Of a DNA stretch of 64,000 nucleotides, positions 27,859 through 39,570 are shown one piece after another. Made by a program: the position numbers and the translations under genes. Below the pieces are notes generated by a model that was given only the letters and a program-made list of their open reading frames with translations, was not told the DNA's origin and searched no databases. Position 1 is the first letter of the stretch, and each line of letters starts with the position of its first letter. Source of the stretch: an uncultured Desulfospira sp. (GTDB lineage Bacteria > Desulfobacterota > Desulfobacteria > Desulfobacterales > Desulfobacteraceae); contig OY760175.1 of assembly GCA_963663165.1 (NCBI GenBank), forward strand, positions 3,392,001-3,456,000, in the 5' to 3' direction.

Positions 27859-30006
27859 CTAAAACCGGATCTCAATGGATGCGCCCACCATCCGGGGCGC
27901 CAAGGTCATGGGCGCCTCCAGGTCATGGTCGGTGATCAGGATGGTATCGTCATTGTCAAAAAGATTCCGGGCAAACACAGCGGCCCGGCCCCATGAAAAA
28001 TTGTAGGCCAGTTGAAGGTTGGCCACCCAGTAGGATGAAATCTTTTCATCAGCAGCGTTGTCATAATAAGAGTAATATTTGTCCGTGTAGGTCATATTGC
28101 CGCCAATTTCAAACCCGCCGGAAAAATTGTACACCACCCCGACATTGGCCGAAAAAGAGGGTGACCGGGGCAAGTCATTGCCTTCATAACTGGTTTGGGA
28201 AAATTCCTTGATCTGAGTTTTAAGCAGTCCGGCACCGCCAAAGACCTCCAGACCCGGCATGGCCAGGCAGCGCAGCCCAATGTCAGCACCATAGGTTCGG
28301 GCCTTATCCGCATTGATGATGGTAACGGCGTTGGCGCTCAGATAATAGGGAAGCTGCATATCTTCATAATCGTTGTAAAATACGTTGGCGGTCAGTTCAA
28401 GCCGGCCGTCCGCCAGCCGGTGGCGGCTGTATAGCTCATAGCTCCATACAAATTCTTCGTCATAGGCAAAGCTTGTCCAGGGATTGTCAAAGGTAATGCC
28501 CGCGCCGCCGGCCCGGTACCCCCGGGAAACTTTGGCCCCCAGGGTGTGATTTTCCCTTAGTTTCCAGGCCAGGTCCATCTTGGGCAGGAACACCGAGTAG
28601 GTTTCGTCAAAATCCACATTCACATTGTAGACCGTGCCTCTGACCTCCAGCCCTTCTCCCCCGCCTTTCCGGGTTCTTTTTTCATGTTCGTAACGGCCGC
28701 CAACGGTCAGGTTCAGTTGGGGCATGATCCCGTAAGTGATCTCGCCGAACAGGGACCCGGTTTTTGTCTCATCCGTGAACCGGCTGCCGCCGTAGATATT
28801 GACAAATTCATCCTGATCCGAGTAAAAGTAGCGGCCGCCCACAAGGCCGTGGGTTCTGTCCTTGCTCTCCCCAAAGTGTAAAACAGGCTCCACCTGGAAT
28901 TCATCCCCGTCAACAGTGGCGTAGGAATCACTGGGGGCGGTTATGCGTTTATGGGCAAAATCCGTGTATATGAGCTTGTTTTCGAATGTATAAAAATCAT
29001 GAAACGCCCACTCAATATCCCAGATGGCCGAGGTTGACTCGGTCTCCCAAACCGGCCGGGAGCTGCTGAATTTTGACCCTGTACTTTCCGGCGGCTGGAT
29101 CACTTCGCTCTGGGGTATACGGGTGTCCATGTGATTGACGGACAGACGGCTTAAAAACCCGGGCATACCGGCAGGCGTATACAACAGCTTTGCTCTGGCT
29201 GTAACGGCCTCTATTTCACCCGGGTCTCCGGCAGGATCATAAGATTCAAGGTCTTCGAAACTGTCCCTTACCTGGCGGTCAATACTCACCCGCAAGGCCA
29301 GTTCATTTTGGATAAGAGGGCCCGTGACCATGGCCGCTGTCTGAAAATAGTCATACTCGGCGACTCCGGCCTTTACAGCGCCGCCCCAGTCAAATTCCGG
29401 GTCGTTGGACGTGAGCAGCACAGAGCCGGCAATGGCGTTACGGCCCTGAAGATAGCTCTGGGGGCCTAGAAACACCTCCACCTGGTCCACATCCCACAGG
29501 GACATGGGGCCAAAAGCCAGTTCATTATAAGGAAGGGACCTTCCGTCAAGGGATACATTGAGCCGCGGACGGGTCCCGGTTAAAAAAGCCACTGCCCCGC
29601 GCCCCGGCCCGGAACCGTCCGTCCCCCGCACGGTGGGCAGATCATTGCCGTTCCCCACATCCACAATATTCGGGGTTATTTTTAACAGGTCCGAAATCTG
29701 GGTCGTGCCGGGTAAGGAGCCAATGAGATCCTCATCATAAATTTTCACACTGGAACTGCTCTCGTAAGAGGTTCGATGGGTTTTCTCCCCGGTGACCACC
29801 AAGGTTTCAAGGGTGGCCGGGGCATCTGATTTACCGGCTTTTTTTTCCGTATTTTCCCGGGGTTCCAGAGGCTGGCCGCTTTGGGATGTGTTCCAGGCCA
29901 TGGCCGGCCCGGTCAAAATAAGGACCGTCCCGGCGACCGCTATTCCTGTTTTTAAAAACCGCCACCACCGGCCATCCTTTGCTATTTTCTCTATTTTCAT
30001 TTTCAT
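27859..30006 (-). CDS. TonB-dependent receptor (siderophore/FyuA-like)
   Basis: TonB box ETLVVTG; plug motif VEVF.GPQS.L.GRNA.AG; C-terminal F; ATG at 30006 after a strong RBS. Confidence 0.92.
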   Translation of the reverse strand: MKMKIEKIAKDGRWWRFLKTGIAVAGTVLILTGPAMAWNTSQSGQPLEPRENTEKKAGKSDAPATLETLVVTGEKTHRTSYESSSSVKIYDEDLIGSLPGTTQISDLLKITPNIVDVGNGNDLPTVRGTDGSGPGRGAVAFLTGTRPRLNVSLDGRSLPYNELAFGPMSLWDVDQVEVFLGPQSYLQGRNAIAGSVLLTSNDPEFDWGGAVKAGVAEYDYFQTAAMVTGPLIQNELALRVSIDRQVRDSFEDLESYDPAGDPGEIEAVTARAKLLYTPAGMPGFLSRLSVNHMDTRIPQSEVIQPPESTGSKFSSSRPVWETESTSAIWDIEWAFHDFYTFENKLIYTDFAHKRITAPSDSYATVDGDEFQVEPVLHFGESKDRTHGLVGGRYFYSDQDEFVNIYGGSRFTDETKTGSLFGEITYGIMPQLNLTVGGRYEHEKRTRKGGGEGLEVRGTVYNVNVDFDETYSVFLPKMDLAWKLRENHTLGAKVSRGYRAGGAGITFDNPWTSFAYDEEFVWSYELYSRHRLADGRLELTANVFYNDYEDMQLPYYLSANAVTIINADKARTYGADIGLRCLAMPGLEVFGGAGLLKTQIKEFSQTSYEGNDLPRSPSFSANVGVVYNFSGGFEIGGNMTYTDKYYSYYDNAADEKISSYWVANLQLAYNFSWGRAAVFARNLFDNDDTILITDHDLEAPMTLAPRMVGASIEIRF

Positions 30007-30237
30007 CCTTCTCCCTTCCTTTATCCTATCAGGCGAATTAATGGCATGCCTAATGGAATTGTTTAAATTAAAAAAATTAGCTTTGAATAACATAGCCAGA
30101 GCGTGTTGACTAACGGTTGCTTCTCTTTTTTTAGCGGTATTTGAATTTTCGTTAAAATTGAAAGGGAATCGATTTAATCCGGGAGGATTAGAAGGAAAGG
30201 AAATATGGGTTAACGCGGTTTTTTCACGGCTATGGGG

Positions 30238-31017
30238 TTAAAGCCTGATCATCCGGCCCGGTTCATGGGGCATGGCAACACAGAGCGACGGTTTTAATCC
30301 GTTCAGCCCCTTGGAGACTTCTTGAAGGGCCCGGCCGGGATGGTTGTTCTCTTCGCTTAGGTGGGCCAGGATGATGTGGTGAAGATCCGGGTGAAGAAGC
30401 TCTGATACCAGGTTTTTGGCATCGGCGTTGGAGAGGTGGCCGCATCTGGATTTGATCCGCTGCTTTAAGTGCCAGGGATAGGGGCCGTTGATGAGCATGT
30501 CCGGATCATGGTTGGATTCAAGGTAGAGGGCGTGGCAGTTTTTTAAGTGTTCTTTGACCAGGGTGGTGGCAATGCCAAGGTCCGTGGCAACCCCAATTTT
30601 TTTTTCTTTAAAGCCCAGGGTCATTCCAACGGGATCAGCGGCGTCATGGGAAATGGAAAAGGGATTGATCCTTATGGATCCCACATCAAATGGGGTGCCG
30701 CATTCAAAATGGGTTAACCGGTCTATTTTCCCTAAGCCCTGGCAGGCGGAAAATGTCCTGGGGGTCACATAAACCGGAACCTTGAAGCGCCGGCTCAGGA
30801 TGCCGGCACCCCGAATATGGTCTGAGTGTTCGTGGGTGATGATAATGGCAGACAGGGTCTCGGGAGCTTGCCCGATAACGGCCATTCGCCGCTCGATTTC
30901 CTTTCCGGACAGGCCCGCATCCACCAGCAGGGCCGTGTCCGGTGTGGAAATAAAAAGGCTGTTCCCCCTGGACCCGGAGGCCAGGGGGCAGATGCAAAAA
31001 GGGTTATTCGGTTTCAT
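30238..31017 (-). CDS. MBL-fold metallohydrolase (YycJ/WalJ-like)
   Basis: LASGS.GN, THEHSDH, SHDA, LESNHD, GHLSN and HLS..NN motifs. Confidence 0.9.
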   Translation of the reverse strand: MKPNNPFCICPLASGSRGNSLFISTPDTALLVDAGLSGKEIERRMAVIGQAPETLSAIIITHEHSDHIRGAGILSRRFKVPVYVTPRTFSACQGLGKIDRLTHFECGTPFDVGSIRINPFSISHDAADPVGMTLGFKEKKIGVATDLGIATTLVKEHLKNCHALYLESNHDPDMLINGPYPWHLKQRIKSRCGHLSNADAKNLVSELLHPDLHHIILAHLSEENNHPGRALQEVSKGLNGLKPSLCVAMPHEPGRMIRL

Positions 31018-33115
31018 CCTGGGCGGCGTTTTCCTCTTCCTGGGCTGCTTTATAGCTCAGTTTGATTTTGCCGTCCCGGGTAATATCCAGGACCTTGACG
31101 CGAATCACGTCTCCCTCCTTGACCACATCGGTTACCTTTTTGACGCGGTAGTTGGCCAGTTCCGAAATATGGACCAGGCCGTCTGTGCCGGACTTGATGT
31201 TGACAAAGGCGCCAAAGTCCATGATCTTGACCACGGTTCCCTGATAAATGGCGCCGATTTCAGGATCCAGGGCAATGTCAGAGACCATGGCTTTGGCCCG
31301 GTCTGCATCTTCCTGGTTCTCCGCCGCAATCTTGACCAGCCCGGAATCGTCCACTTCAATGACCGTATTGGTCTCGGCCTGAAGGGCACGGATGATCTTG
31401 CCGCCAGGGCCGATGATATCTCTGATCTTGTCCGGATTAATGGTGATGGAGATAATCTTGGGCGCATGGGGAGAAATTTCATCCCTTGATTTATCAATGG
31501 TCTCCAGCATTTTGTTCAGAATATGAAGCCGGCCTTTGTTGGCCTGGGCCAGAGCGGTCTCCATGATCTCCTTGGACAGCTCTTTGATTTTAATGTCCAT
31601 CTGAAGGGCGGTGATGCCCTCTTTGGTTCCGGCCACCTTAAAGTCCATGTCGCCGAAATGGTCTTCATCCCCGAGGATATCCGACAGGACCACGGTTTTT
31701 CCATCTCCTGAGACCAGGCCCATGGCAATGCCCGACACCGGGGCCTTGATGGGCACGCCGCCGTCCATAAGGGCCAGGACACCCGAGCATACCGTTCCCA
31801 TGGAGGAACTGCCGTTGGATTCCAGGACCTCTCCCACCAGCCGGATGGTATATTCAAAATCTTCCTTGTCCGGGATGATGGGGGTAATGGCCCGGTGGGC
31901 CAGATTGCCGTGGCCGATATCCCGGCGGCTGGGGCCGCCCGGCCGTTTGACTTCCCCAACAGAAAAGGGAGGGAAATTATAGTGAAGCATAAAACTTCGG
32001 GTGACGTTGCCGTTGTCCAGGGTTTCAATGCGCTGTTCATCCATGCCAGAGCCTAAGGTCAGGACACCGAGAACCTGGGTCTCCCCCCTTGTGAAAAGGG
32101 CGGAACCATGGGGTCTTGGCAGGCAGCCGGCTTCACAGGTAATCTGCCGGACTTCATCAAAGGCCCGGCCGTCAATGCGCCGGCCCTCTTCCAGAACAAT
32201 TTTCCGGCTGACCTCTTTAACGGTTTTGCTGAAAACCTCTTTAACCTCTCCGATCTGGTCGGGATAGGTTTCGGCAAAATGGGCCACGGTCTCTTCTTTG
32301 AGCTGGCTTAAGGCATTCTGGCGCTCAATTTTTGTTTTGATCTGGACCTTTTCATGGATCTGATCTGTGGCAAAAACCTTGACCGCTGCAGCCAGGGCCT
32401 CGTCCCTTTCAGCCGGTACAAAAATTCGTTTTTCCTTGCCCACGGCAGCTTTGAGTTCAACCTGAAGATCAATGGCCGGCTGCATGGCCTCATGGCCGAA
32501 AAAGATGGCGTCCAGCATATCGGTTTCAGATACGATATTGGCACCGGCTTCCACCATGACCACACCGGTTTTAGACCCGGCAACGGTCAGGTCGATATCG
32601 CTTTCCTCCATCTGGGCCGGGGTGGGGTTGGCAATAAACTCTCCGTTGACCCGCCCGACTTTGATGCCGGCAATGGGACCGTTAAAGGGAATGTCGGATA
32701 TTTCCAGAGCGGCCGATGCGCCGATCATGGCCAGTATCCCCGGATCACACTGTTTGTCCGTTGACAGAACTGTGGCAATGACCTGGGTTTCATAGTTGTA
32801 ACCGGTTTCAAACAGAGGCCGGATGGGCCGGTCAATGAGCCGGGCCCTTAAGGTTTCGTTTTCTGAAGGCCGGCCGATTTCCCGTCTGAAATAGTTCCCC
32901 GGGATTCGCCCTGCGGCATAAATTTTTTCCTGGTATTCCACGGACAGGGGCAGAAAACCGGCGTCCGGTTTGGGGTCTTTGGACGCCACCGCCGTTACCA
33001 GGACCATCGCTTCCCCGTATTGGACCACTACGGCGCCTGACGCCTGTTTGGCCATTTTTCCCGTGCTGATGGAAAGTTCTTTTCCACCAATGAGTGCGTT
33101 AACTTCTTTTTCCAT
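31004..33115 (-). CDS. pnp: Polyribonucleotide nucleotidyltransferase
   Basis: [23 protein letters not shown] and GDMDFKVAG motifs; KH and S1 domains. Confidence 0.98.
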   Translation of the reverse strand: MEKEVNALIGGKELSISTGKMAKQASGAVVVQYGEAMVLVTAVASKDPKPDAGFLPLSVEYQEKIYAAGRIPGNYFRREIGRPSENETLRARLIDRPIRPLFETGYNYETQVIATVLSTDKQCDPGILAMIGASAALEISDIPFNGPIAGIKVGRVNGEFIANPTPAQMEESDIDLTVAGSKTGVVMVEAGANIVSETDMLDAIFFGHEAMQPAIDLQVELKAAVGKEKRIFVPAERDEALAAAVKVFATDQIHEKVQIKTKIERQNALSQLKEETVAHFAETYPDQIGEVKEVFSKTVKEVSRKIVLEEGRRIDGRAFDEVRQITCEAGCLPRPHGSALFTRGETQVLGVLTLGSGMDEQRIETLDNGNVTRSFMLHYNFPPFSVGEVKRPGGPSRRDIGHGNLAHRAITPIIPDKEDFEYTIRLVGEVLESNGSSSMGTVCSGVLALMDGGVPIKAPVSGIAMGLVSGDGKTVVLSDILGDEDHFGDMDFKVAGTKEGITALQMDIKIKELSKEIMETALAQANKGRLHILNKMLETIDKSRDEISPHAPKIISITINPDKIRDIIGPGGKIIRALQAETNTVIEVDDSGLVKIAAENQEDADRAKAMVSDIALDPEIGAIYQGTVVKIMDFGAFVNIKSGTDGLVHISELANYRVKKVTDVVKEGDVIRVKVLDITRDGKIKLSYKAAQEEENAAQDETE

Positions 33116-33138
33116 AATATCTCCTAAAAATTAAAAAA

Positions 33139-33250
33139 GGCGAAAATTTCAGGAGACCTTATAAATATAAACCCGCATCTTTGCCATCAAACCGCTGGCT
33201 TGATGGCAAAGATGCGACTATATTTAAAAGGGGTCCCAAAATTTGCCGCC
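33139..33250 (-). promoter_or_regulatory. Long stem-loop in the pnp leader (putative RNase III site)
   Basis: Perfect 17-bp core CGCATCTTTGCCATCAA/TTGATGGCAAAGATGCG with extended outer pairing. Confidence 0.75.
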
Positions 33251-33260
33251 CGGATGGTAA

Positions 33261-33304
33261 TAAAAACCGGTTTTTAACCCTTACCAGGCTAAAAACCGGT
33301 TTAT
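33261..33304 (-). terminator. rpsO terminator hairpin
   Basis: AAACCGGTTTTTAGCC/GGTTAAAAACCGGTTT stem immediately after the rpsO stop. Confidence 0.65.
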
Positions 33305-33310
33305 GATGCA

Positions 33311-33580
33311 TTATCTTCTCAGTCCCAATCGTTCAATCAGCGATCGGTACCGGTTAATGTCCGTTTTCTTCAGATAATCCAGCAGGCTTCTGCGCCGTCC
33401 AACCAGGATGAGCAGTCCCCGCCGGGAATGATGGTCTTTTTTGTGAAACTTTAAATGTTCGGTAAGATAACTGATCCGGTGGGTTAAAATGGCCACCTGA
33501 ACTTCAGGGGAACCGGTGTCTGACTCGTGGAGCTTGAATTTTTTAATCATCTCCTCTTTGTTTTCTGCAAGTAAAACCAC
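33311..33580 (-). CDS. rpsO: 30S ribosomal protein S15
   Basis: [16 protein letters not shown]...[11 protein letters not shown]. Confidence 0.98.
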   Translation of the reverse strand: MVLLAENKEEMIKKFKLHESDTGSPEVQVAILTHRISYLTEHLKFHKKDHHSRRGLLILVGRRRSLLDYLKKTDINRYRSLIERLGLRR

Positions 33581-33612
33581 GCTTGACTCCTTTTTCTTGG
33601 AATAAACAATCT

Positions 33613-33699
33613 ATGGTGTGGACTCCGGCGAGCCTTCTTTTACGGTCTTAAACCAATATTCCATTCAGAATAAGACAAGAACGGCTGCCAAAACACCAT
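33613..33699 (-). promoter_or_regulatory. Structured rpsO leader (candidate S15-binding RNA)
   Basis: Nested pairings ATGGTGT/ACACCAT, AGCC/GGCT, TTCTT/AAGAA and GTCTTA/TAAGAC. Confidence 0.6.
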
Positions 33700-33708
33700 C
33701 GCAAATTA

Positions 33709-33800
33709 TGTGAAAGTCTCACTAACAAACTGAAAAGACCTTCGTTTTTGGTTATGGACCGATGCTTGGCTGGATAACCAAAGGTGGTCCATGACCGTTA
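33709..33800 (+). repeat. ~90-bp two-hairpin element, copy 2
   Basis: Homologous to 738-829; same length (92 bp). Confidence 0.9.
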
Positions 33801-33822
33801 TACAACCAGATGTCAATAACAG

Positions 33823-34749
33823 TTATTCGGCAAAAACGCAAGAATAATTGTAGGTTAACCCGGTCTCATCCGGAAAAATAACCGCTGCCAGATCGCCTGC
33901 CTCATCAAGGACCCTGATAAAGTCCCCGCCTTTATCAGGCCGATCGGATGTGTCAATCTGATCCGCAGGGATATCCTGGCAGGTCAGCGCCTGGCCGTGG
34001 CGGATTTTTTGAATAATGGACCGGTCGGCCCTGAAACCGCGCATAAAGCTTAACGCCTTGGCCATGGGGATTACAGATTGTTCCAGAGAGGCTTTTTCTT
34101 CTTTTTCAATTGTATCCAGAGACAGGGCCTTTTCAAGGCCAAATCCGCTTGAGCCGGTCCTGACCAGACCTGAAAGATGGGCCGGGCATCCCAGCCGCTG
34201 CCCCATGTCCTGGGCCAGGCGCCTGATATAGGTTCCTGAAGAGCAATGGACATAAAAACTGAAAACCGGCAAATCCATGGACTCAATGCCGATATCAAAG
34301 ATATGGATTTTCCTGGGGGGCTTTTCAATCATGGTCCCCTGCCGGGCCAGTTTATATAAGGGCTGTCCCTTATGCTTTAATGCGGAAAAGCTTGGCGGCA
34401 CCTGATCCTGGGGGCCTTTAAATTCCTCTAAAACCTGCTTAACCATATCCGGTGTGATCCGGGAAAGGGTATCCGGATCTGCAGTCCGGGTCGGGGTGCC
34501 GGTTTTATCATAGGTATCGGTCTCAAATCCTAAGGCAACCTGGGCCAGATAGCTTTTGTTCCCTTCCAGAAAAAATTTGGAAATCCGGCATGCTTTTCCC
34601 AGGGCAATGAGCATCAGGCCTGTGGCAAAAGGGTCCAGGGTGCCGGTGTGGCCGGCCTTTTTGGCGCCGAACGCCCTTTTTACCCGGGCCACGACCTGGG
34701 CTGAAGAGATATGTTCCGGCTTATCAACCGGCAGGATACCATGAATCAT
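33823..34749 (-). CDS. truB: tRNA pseudouridine(55) synthase
   Basis: KAGHTGTLDPFATG, Q.PP.FSA.K and CSSGTYIR motifs. Confidence 0.97.
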   Translation of the reverse strand: MIHGILPVDKPEHISSAQVVARVKRAFGAKKAGHTGTLDPFATGLMLIALGKACRISKFFLEGNKSYLAQVALGFETDTYDKTGTPTRTADPDTLSRITPDMVKQVLEEFKGPQDQVPPSFSALKHKGQPLYKLARQGTMIEKPPRKIHIFDIGIESMDLPVFSFYVHCSSGTYIRRLAQDMGQRLGCPAHLSGLVRTGSSGFGLEKALSLDTIEKEEKASLEQSVIPMAKALSFMRGFRADRSIIQKIRHGQALTCQDIPADQIDTSDRPDKGGDFIRVLDEAGDLAAVIFPDETGLTYNYSCVFAE

Positions 34750-34761
34750 TTGAATTATAAA

Positions 34762-35148
34762 TCAGGCGTCAGAAGCCGGTGACGGTTCAGGATCTGTTGA
34801 ATCAGAGTGGACAGCAGACTTGATCAGTGCGTCCATTTTAGCAGCCTTGTCAAAGGTGTCATCATAGACAAATTTTAAGTCCGGCATGTATTTGAGACCA
34901 AGTTTCGGGGCAATCCGTTTTTTGATGAAACCTTTGGACTTTCTAAAGCCGTCCAGGACCTCTTCTTTTTTCTGAGGGGTGCCGAACACAGTGATATAGA
35001 CATAGGCAATCCTTAAATCCGGGGTCATTTTCACTCCGGATACCGTTGCCATTTCGATCCTGGGATCCTGCATTTTTTTGCTTAACAGATCGGTAACGGC
35101 TTTCTGGATTTTAATACCGATCCGTTCGCCCCGGGCATAAGGTTTCAT
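34762..35148 (-). CDS. rbfA: Ribosome-binding factor A
   Basis: DPRI...V..DL..A.VY; P.L.F..D; position in the operon. Confidence 0.96.
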   Translation of the reverse strand: MKPYARGERIGIKIQKAVTDLLSKKMQDPRIEMATVSGVKMTPDLRIAYVYITVFGTPQKKEEVLDGFRKSKGFIKKRIAPKLGLKYMPDLKFVYDDTFDKAAKMDALIKSAVHSDSTDPEPSPASDA

Positions 35149-38091
35149 TTATTCTGCCTTGTAGGCTCTTTCTTCAACTTCATAACATTCAATGGCATCA
35201 CCGATTTTAATGTCATTGAATTTCTCAAGGCCGATACCGCACTCGTATCCCTGTTCCACTTCCTTGACATCATCTTTAAACCGGCGCAGGGATGACAGGG
35301 CCGTGTCGCATTTGATAACCCCGTCCCGAAGCAGTCTGATTTTCTTGCCCCTGACCACTTTGCCCTCGACAATCTGGCAGCCGGCAATGGTACCAACCTT
35401 GGGCACCACAAAGGTATCCCGGACCTCGGCCCGGCCAATGATGATTTCATGGAAGGTGGAGGGCATCATGCCATCCAGGGCCGCCTTGATATCGTTGATT
35501 ACATCATAGATGATATCATAAAAGCGCATGTCCACATTTTCATCCTTGGCCATCTTTCTGATCTGGGGCGTGGGCCTGACGTTAAATCCGATAATAATGG
35601 CATCGGATACCCCGGCCAGGGCCACGTCTGATTCATTGATGGTGCCGGCACCGGAATGAACAATCTTGACATCCACTTCTTCTTTGGCCAGGTCTTTAAG
35701 GGAATCGTTAAGGGCCTCAATGGAGCCCTGGACATCTGCCTTGACAATAAGCTTGAGTTCCTTGGTCTCAGCGGAACCCAGGTTCTCAAACATTTTTTCA
35801 AGGTTGGCCCGGCTCTTTTTGGCCAGTTCCTTGGCCCGCTGTTTCTGCATTCTGTGGCCGGCAATCTGCTTGGCATCCTTGTCCGATGCCACAGCAATGA
35901 ACTCGTCCCCGGCGTCCGGTACACCGGTTAGGCCCACGATCTCCACCGGCGTGCTGGGGCCGGCCTCATCAATCCGGTTCCCGTCGTCGTCGATCATGGC
36001 CCGGATCCTTCCCGAATGAAGGCCGCAGACAATGGGATCACCGTCTTTTAAGGTGCCCTGTTTGACCAGGACCGTGGCCACGGCGCCCCGGCCCGTATCC
36101 AGCCGGGATTCCACCACATAACCTGAGGCGTTACGGTCAGGATTGGCTTTAAGTTCAAGCACTTCGGACTGGAGCATCACCATTTCAAGCAGGTCGTCAA
36201 TGCCCTGCCCGGTTTTGGCTGAGACCTTCACAAAGATCACATCCCCGCCCCAGTCTTCGGCCAGCAGATTATATTCGGACAATTCTCTCATAATCCGGTC
36301 CGGATCAGCACCTTCCTTGTCCATTTTATTTACGGCCACCACCACCGGGACTTCAGCAGCCTTGGAGTGGTTGATGGCCTCAATGGTCTGGGGCATGACC
36401 CCGTCATCGGCCGCCACCACCAGGATAACGATATCCGTTACCTGGGCGCCCCTGGATCTCATGGCGGTAAATGCCGCATGGCCCGGGGTATCCAGGAAGG
36501 TAATTCTGCCGCCGCCGGGAGTCCGGACATTGTAGGCACCAATGTGCTGGGTGATGCCGCCGGCCTCTCCGCTTGTAATTTTAGACTTGCGGATCACATC
36601 CAGAAGAGAGGTTTTACCATGGTCGACATGACCCATGATGGTGACCACCGGGGCCCTTTCAATCATGTTGCCCTCATCCTCTTCTTCAGTGGGGATATTG
36701 AGCAGGGTATCTTCTTCGAAGCTTGCCTTTTCCACTTCAAAATCAAACTCCCCGGCCACAAGAGATGCGGTTTCAAAGTCAATGGTCTGGTTAACCGTTG
36801 CCATGACCCCCATGGTCATGAGTTTGGCAATCATCTCATTGGCCTTGATGCCCATCCGTTTGGCCAGTTCGGCAAGTTCAATGGCCTCATCAATTTTAAC
36901 CCGTCGCTTAATGGCCTTGGGGGTTGTGATCTGGGTCTTCTGGAACCCGCCTTTTTTGCTGTCTTTTTTGCCCTTCTTTCTTCTTCCCCGGTCATAGAGG
37001 GCATCCCCCTCTACCACAGACTTTTTCTTTCTTTTTTTCCGCTTTCCGGCAAATTCAGAATCCTGGAGGTCTTTTCGCCAGTCCTTCTTTCTGGCGCCGG
37101 GCTCTGAGCCATGGGCGTCAGCCATATGCATATCAGCAATCATGTCTTTGGGCGTGGGTTGGGGCGCTGCAGCCCCGTTCTTTCTGGCCGGTCCCCTTCC
37201 CTGCTCCGCCACTGGCGGGGCGGTGCCTCTTCTTTTGTCGTCAGCCGGTCTCATTTTCTGAAGGTTCTCCAGTACCGTGGGATCTGCCACTTTAACGATT
37301 TTGGCCGGGGTGACTTTTTTCTTTTTCTTCTTCTTTTTGCCACCGGCCTTGGCCTTGTCGGAATCATCTTCAGGGGCTTCGGACTCATCAATCTGGGTTC
37401 CGGCATCCTCAAGCCCGGAATCATCCTGGGGCACTTCTTTCTGGCTTTCAGGCTCCGGGACGAGGTCTGCCGCCGGCTCAACAACCGCCTCGGGAGATTC
37501 CGGCTCGGGCACTTCAACAGTCTGACCCGCGGCTTCTTTGGTTTCGGCAGCCTCCGGGATTCCCGGTTCCGGGGGTTCCTCTGCGGCAGGCTTGATGATT
37601 TTGGCCGGTTGAATGATTTTGGCAGGCTCCAATTTCTTGGCTTTGAGGGCTTTTTTCTTGACCGGCGCCGGTGTTTCCTCTATTGGCGTTTCTTCCTGGG
37701 CAGGCATTTTTTCCACTTCATCTAAAACGGGCTCATCGTCGGTTTCCCGGGCATCGACAGGGACTTTTGAAGCGGGCTCGGCCTGATCATCTGGCTGGGG
37801 CGTTGCCGGGATCTGGTCGGCGGCTTCTTCTATTTGCTCATCAACGGCATCCTGAACAGGCTCTGGGTCCACTTTGGCTCTCCGTCTCCGGATGACCGAC
37901 GGTTTGACCTTTACATCCTGCTTTGTCTTCTTTTTACCGAACAGGCTTTGCCTGATGGTTCTGATATCAATGTCTTCTAAAGAACTCATATGGCTTTTAA
38001 CTTCTATGTCCAGTTCTTTCATTTTGTTCAAAAGCGCTCTGTTTGTCATATTCAGATCTTTAGCTAACTCATATACTCTGACTTTCGCCAT
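35149..38091 (-). CDS. infB: Translation initiation factor IF-2
   Basis: [13 protein letters not shown] and NKMD motifs; acidic N-terminal linker. Confidence 0.98.
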   Translation of the reverse strand: MAKVRVYELAKDLNMTNRALLNKMKELDIEVKSHMSSLEDIDIRTIRQSLFGKKKTKQDVKVKPSVIRRRRAKVDPEPVQDAVDEQIEEAADQIPATPQPDDQAEPASKVPVDARETDDEPVLDEVEKMPAQEETPIEETPAPVKKKALKAKKLEPAKIIQPAKIIKPAAEEPPEPGIPEAAETKEAAGQTVEVPEPESPEAVVEPAADLVPEPESQKEVPQDDSGLEDAGTQIDESEAPEDDSDKAKAGGKKKKKKKKVTPAKIVKVADPTVLENLQKMRPADDKRRGTAPPVAEQGRGPARKNGAAAPQPTPKDMIADMHMADAHGSEPGARKKDWRKDLQDSEFAGKRKKRKKKSVVEGDALYDRGRRKKGKKDSKKGGFQKTQITTPKAIKRRVKIDEAIELAELAKRMGIKANEMIAKLMTMGVMATVNQTIDFETASLVAGEFDFEVEKASFEEDTLLNIPTEEEDEGNMIERAPVVTIMGHVDHGKTSLLDVIRKSKITSGEAGGITQHIGAYNVRTPGGGRITFLDTPGHAAFTAMRSRGAQVTDIVILVVAADDGVMPQTIEAINHSKAAEVPVVVAVNKMDKEGADPDRIMRELSEYNLLAEDWGGDVIFVKVSAKTGQGIDDLLEMVMLQSEVLELKANPDRNASGYVVESRLDTGRGAVATVLVKQGTLKDGDPIVCGLHSGRIRAMIDDDGNRIDEAGPSTPVEIVGLTGVPDAGDEFIAVASDKDAKQIAGHRMQKQRAKELAKKSRANLEKMFENLGSAETKELKLIVKADVQGSIEALNDSLKDLAKEEVDVKIVHSGAGTINESDVALAGVSDAIIIGFNVRPTPQIRKMAKDENVDMRFYDIIYDVINDIKAALDGMMPSTFHEIIIGRAEVRDTFVVPKVGTIAGCQIVEGKVVRGKKIRLLRDGVIKCDTALSSLRRFKDDVKEVEQGYECGIGLEKFNDIKIGDAIECYEVEERAYKAE

Positions 38092-38156
38092 TGGCTGCCC
38101 CCAAGTAGTCCTCTTTTATGTTTCCCTGCATTATCGTTTTGTCGTATACGGTTTAC

Positions 38157-39554
38157 CTAAACATTTCCCCCATCCTCATCGTCCTCTGTTGGCTCCGGGT
38201 CTTCTTGAACCACTTCATCGTCCGGGTCCTGAACCGCAGAATCATCTTCTTTTTCAATCTCTTCAGGCAGGTCTTCGGCCATTCCTTCGGGTTCGGGCTC
38301 CCCGACCGGCGCCGCCTCGTTTAAAATCAGTTGTTTGGCCTCATCAATGGTGGCCTGGGCATCTTCTTCCGAACACTCCATGACCGAGGCAATATCCTCT
38401 ACCGAGGCTTCGGATATATCGTTAAAGGAGGCATACCCGGATTTAAACAGCACCTCTGCCATGGACAGGCCCACATTGCTCAGCTGCATGAGGCTGTCAT
38501 ACCCCTGCTTAACTTCCCGGCTGTATTCTTCTTCACTGGTCACTTCAAGGTGCCAGCCGGTAATCTCGCAGGCCAGAGACACGTTCTGCCCGCCCTTGCC
38601 AATGGCAATGGAAAGGTATTCATCATTGACAATAACTTCCATGAACTCATTTTCTTCGTCAATAATCACCCGTGAAATTTCAGCCGGTGACAAGGCATTG
38701 CACACAAACCGGGCCACATCCGGACTCCATTGGACAATGTCGATTTTTTCACCCCGAAGCTCCTGGACAATATTCTGGACCCGGTTGCCCTTCATCCCCA
38801 CACAGGCCCCGACCGGATCAACATCCGAATCTGAGGAAGATACGGCAATCTTTGCCCTGACACCCGGGACCCGGGCCGCTCCATTGATGGTGACAATCCC
38901 TTCCGAGACTTCAGGCACTTCCGTTTTGAACAATTCAATGAGAAATTCAGGGCGGGTCCGGGACAAAATAATCTGAGCCCCTTTGGATTCCTCTAAGACA
39001 TCCACCACATAGGCCCGTATCCGGTCTCCGCGCTTATAATTCTCCTTGGGCATCTGCTCCCTTGGCCTTAACACCGCCTCTGCCTGACCGAGGTTAACAA
39101 TAATGGCCCCCCGGTCAAACCGCTGGACAATGCCGTTGATGATCTTGTGCTTTTTATGGATAAAATTTTCATAAACGGCATTTCTTTCGGCTTCACGCAT
39201 TTTCTGGATAATGACCTGCTTGGCGGACTGGGCGGCAATCCGGCCAAAATCTTCAGTATCCACCAGCACGCCAAGGCTGTCGCCGATTTCACATTCAGGA
39301 TCATACTCATACCCTTCTTCCAGCGTAAGTTCACTGTCCGGATACTCAACCTCTTCAACCACCTCTTTAAAATGGAACACCTCAACTTCACCGGTCTTTT
39401 CATCGTAGTGGACTTCAATATCCGCCCTTGGGCCGATCTTTTTCCTGGCTGCTGAAACAATAGCCTCTTTGATGGTATTTATCAGGACTTCAGGATCAAT
39501 CCCTTTTTCACGGCTCACCTGGTCGATAACTCTTTTTATATCTGTGATAAACAT
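38157..39554 (-). CDS. nusA: Transcription factor NusA
   Basis: FGRIAAQ.AKQ, EVPE, DPVGACVG and AIGKGGQNV motifs; ATG at 39554 after GGAG. Confidence 0.97.
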   Translation of the reverse strand: MFITDIKRVIDQVSREKGIDPEVLINTIKEAIVSAARKKIGPRADIEVHYDEKTGEVEVFHFKEVVEEVEYPDSELTLEEGYEYDPECEIGDSLGVLVDTEDFGRIAAQSAKQVIIQKMREAERNAVYENFIHKKHKIINGIVQRFDRGAIIVNLGQAEAVLRPREQMPKENYKRGDRIRAYVVDVLEESKGAQIILSRTRPEFLIELFKTEVPEVSEGIVTINGAARVPGVRAKIAVSSSDSDVDPVGACVGMKGNRVQNIVQELRGEKIDIVQWSPDVARFVCNALSPAEISRVIIDEENEFMEVIVNDEYLSIAIGKGGQNVSLACEITGWHLEVTSEEEYSREVKQGYDSLMQLSNVGLSMAEVLFKSGYASFNDISEASVEDIASVMECSEEDAQATIDEAKQLILNEAAPVGEPEPEGMAEDLPEEIEKEDDSAVQDPDDEVVQEDPEPTEDDEDGGNV

Positions 39555-39570
39555 CTTTGGGTGTTCTCCA

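Noticed and set aside
37100..37900. Low-complexity Glu/Pro/Lys-rich stretch
   Set aside because: This is the normal variable N-terminal linker of IF-2.
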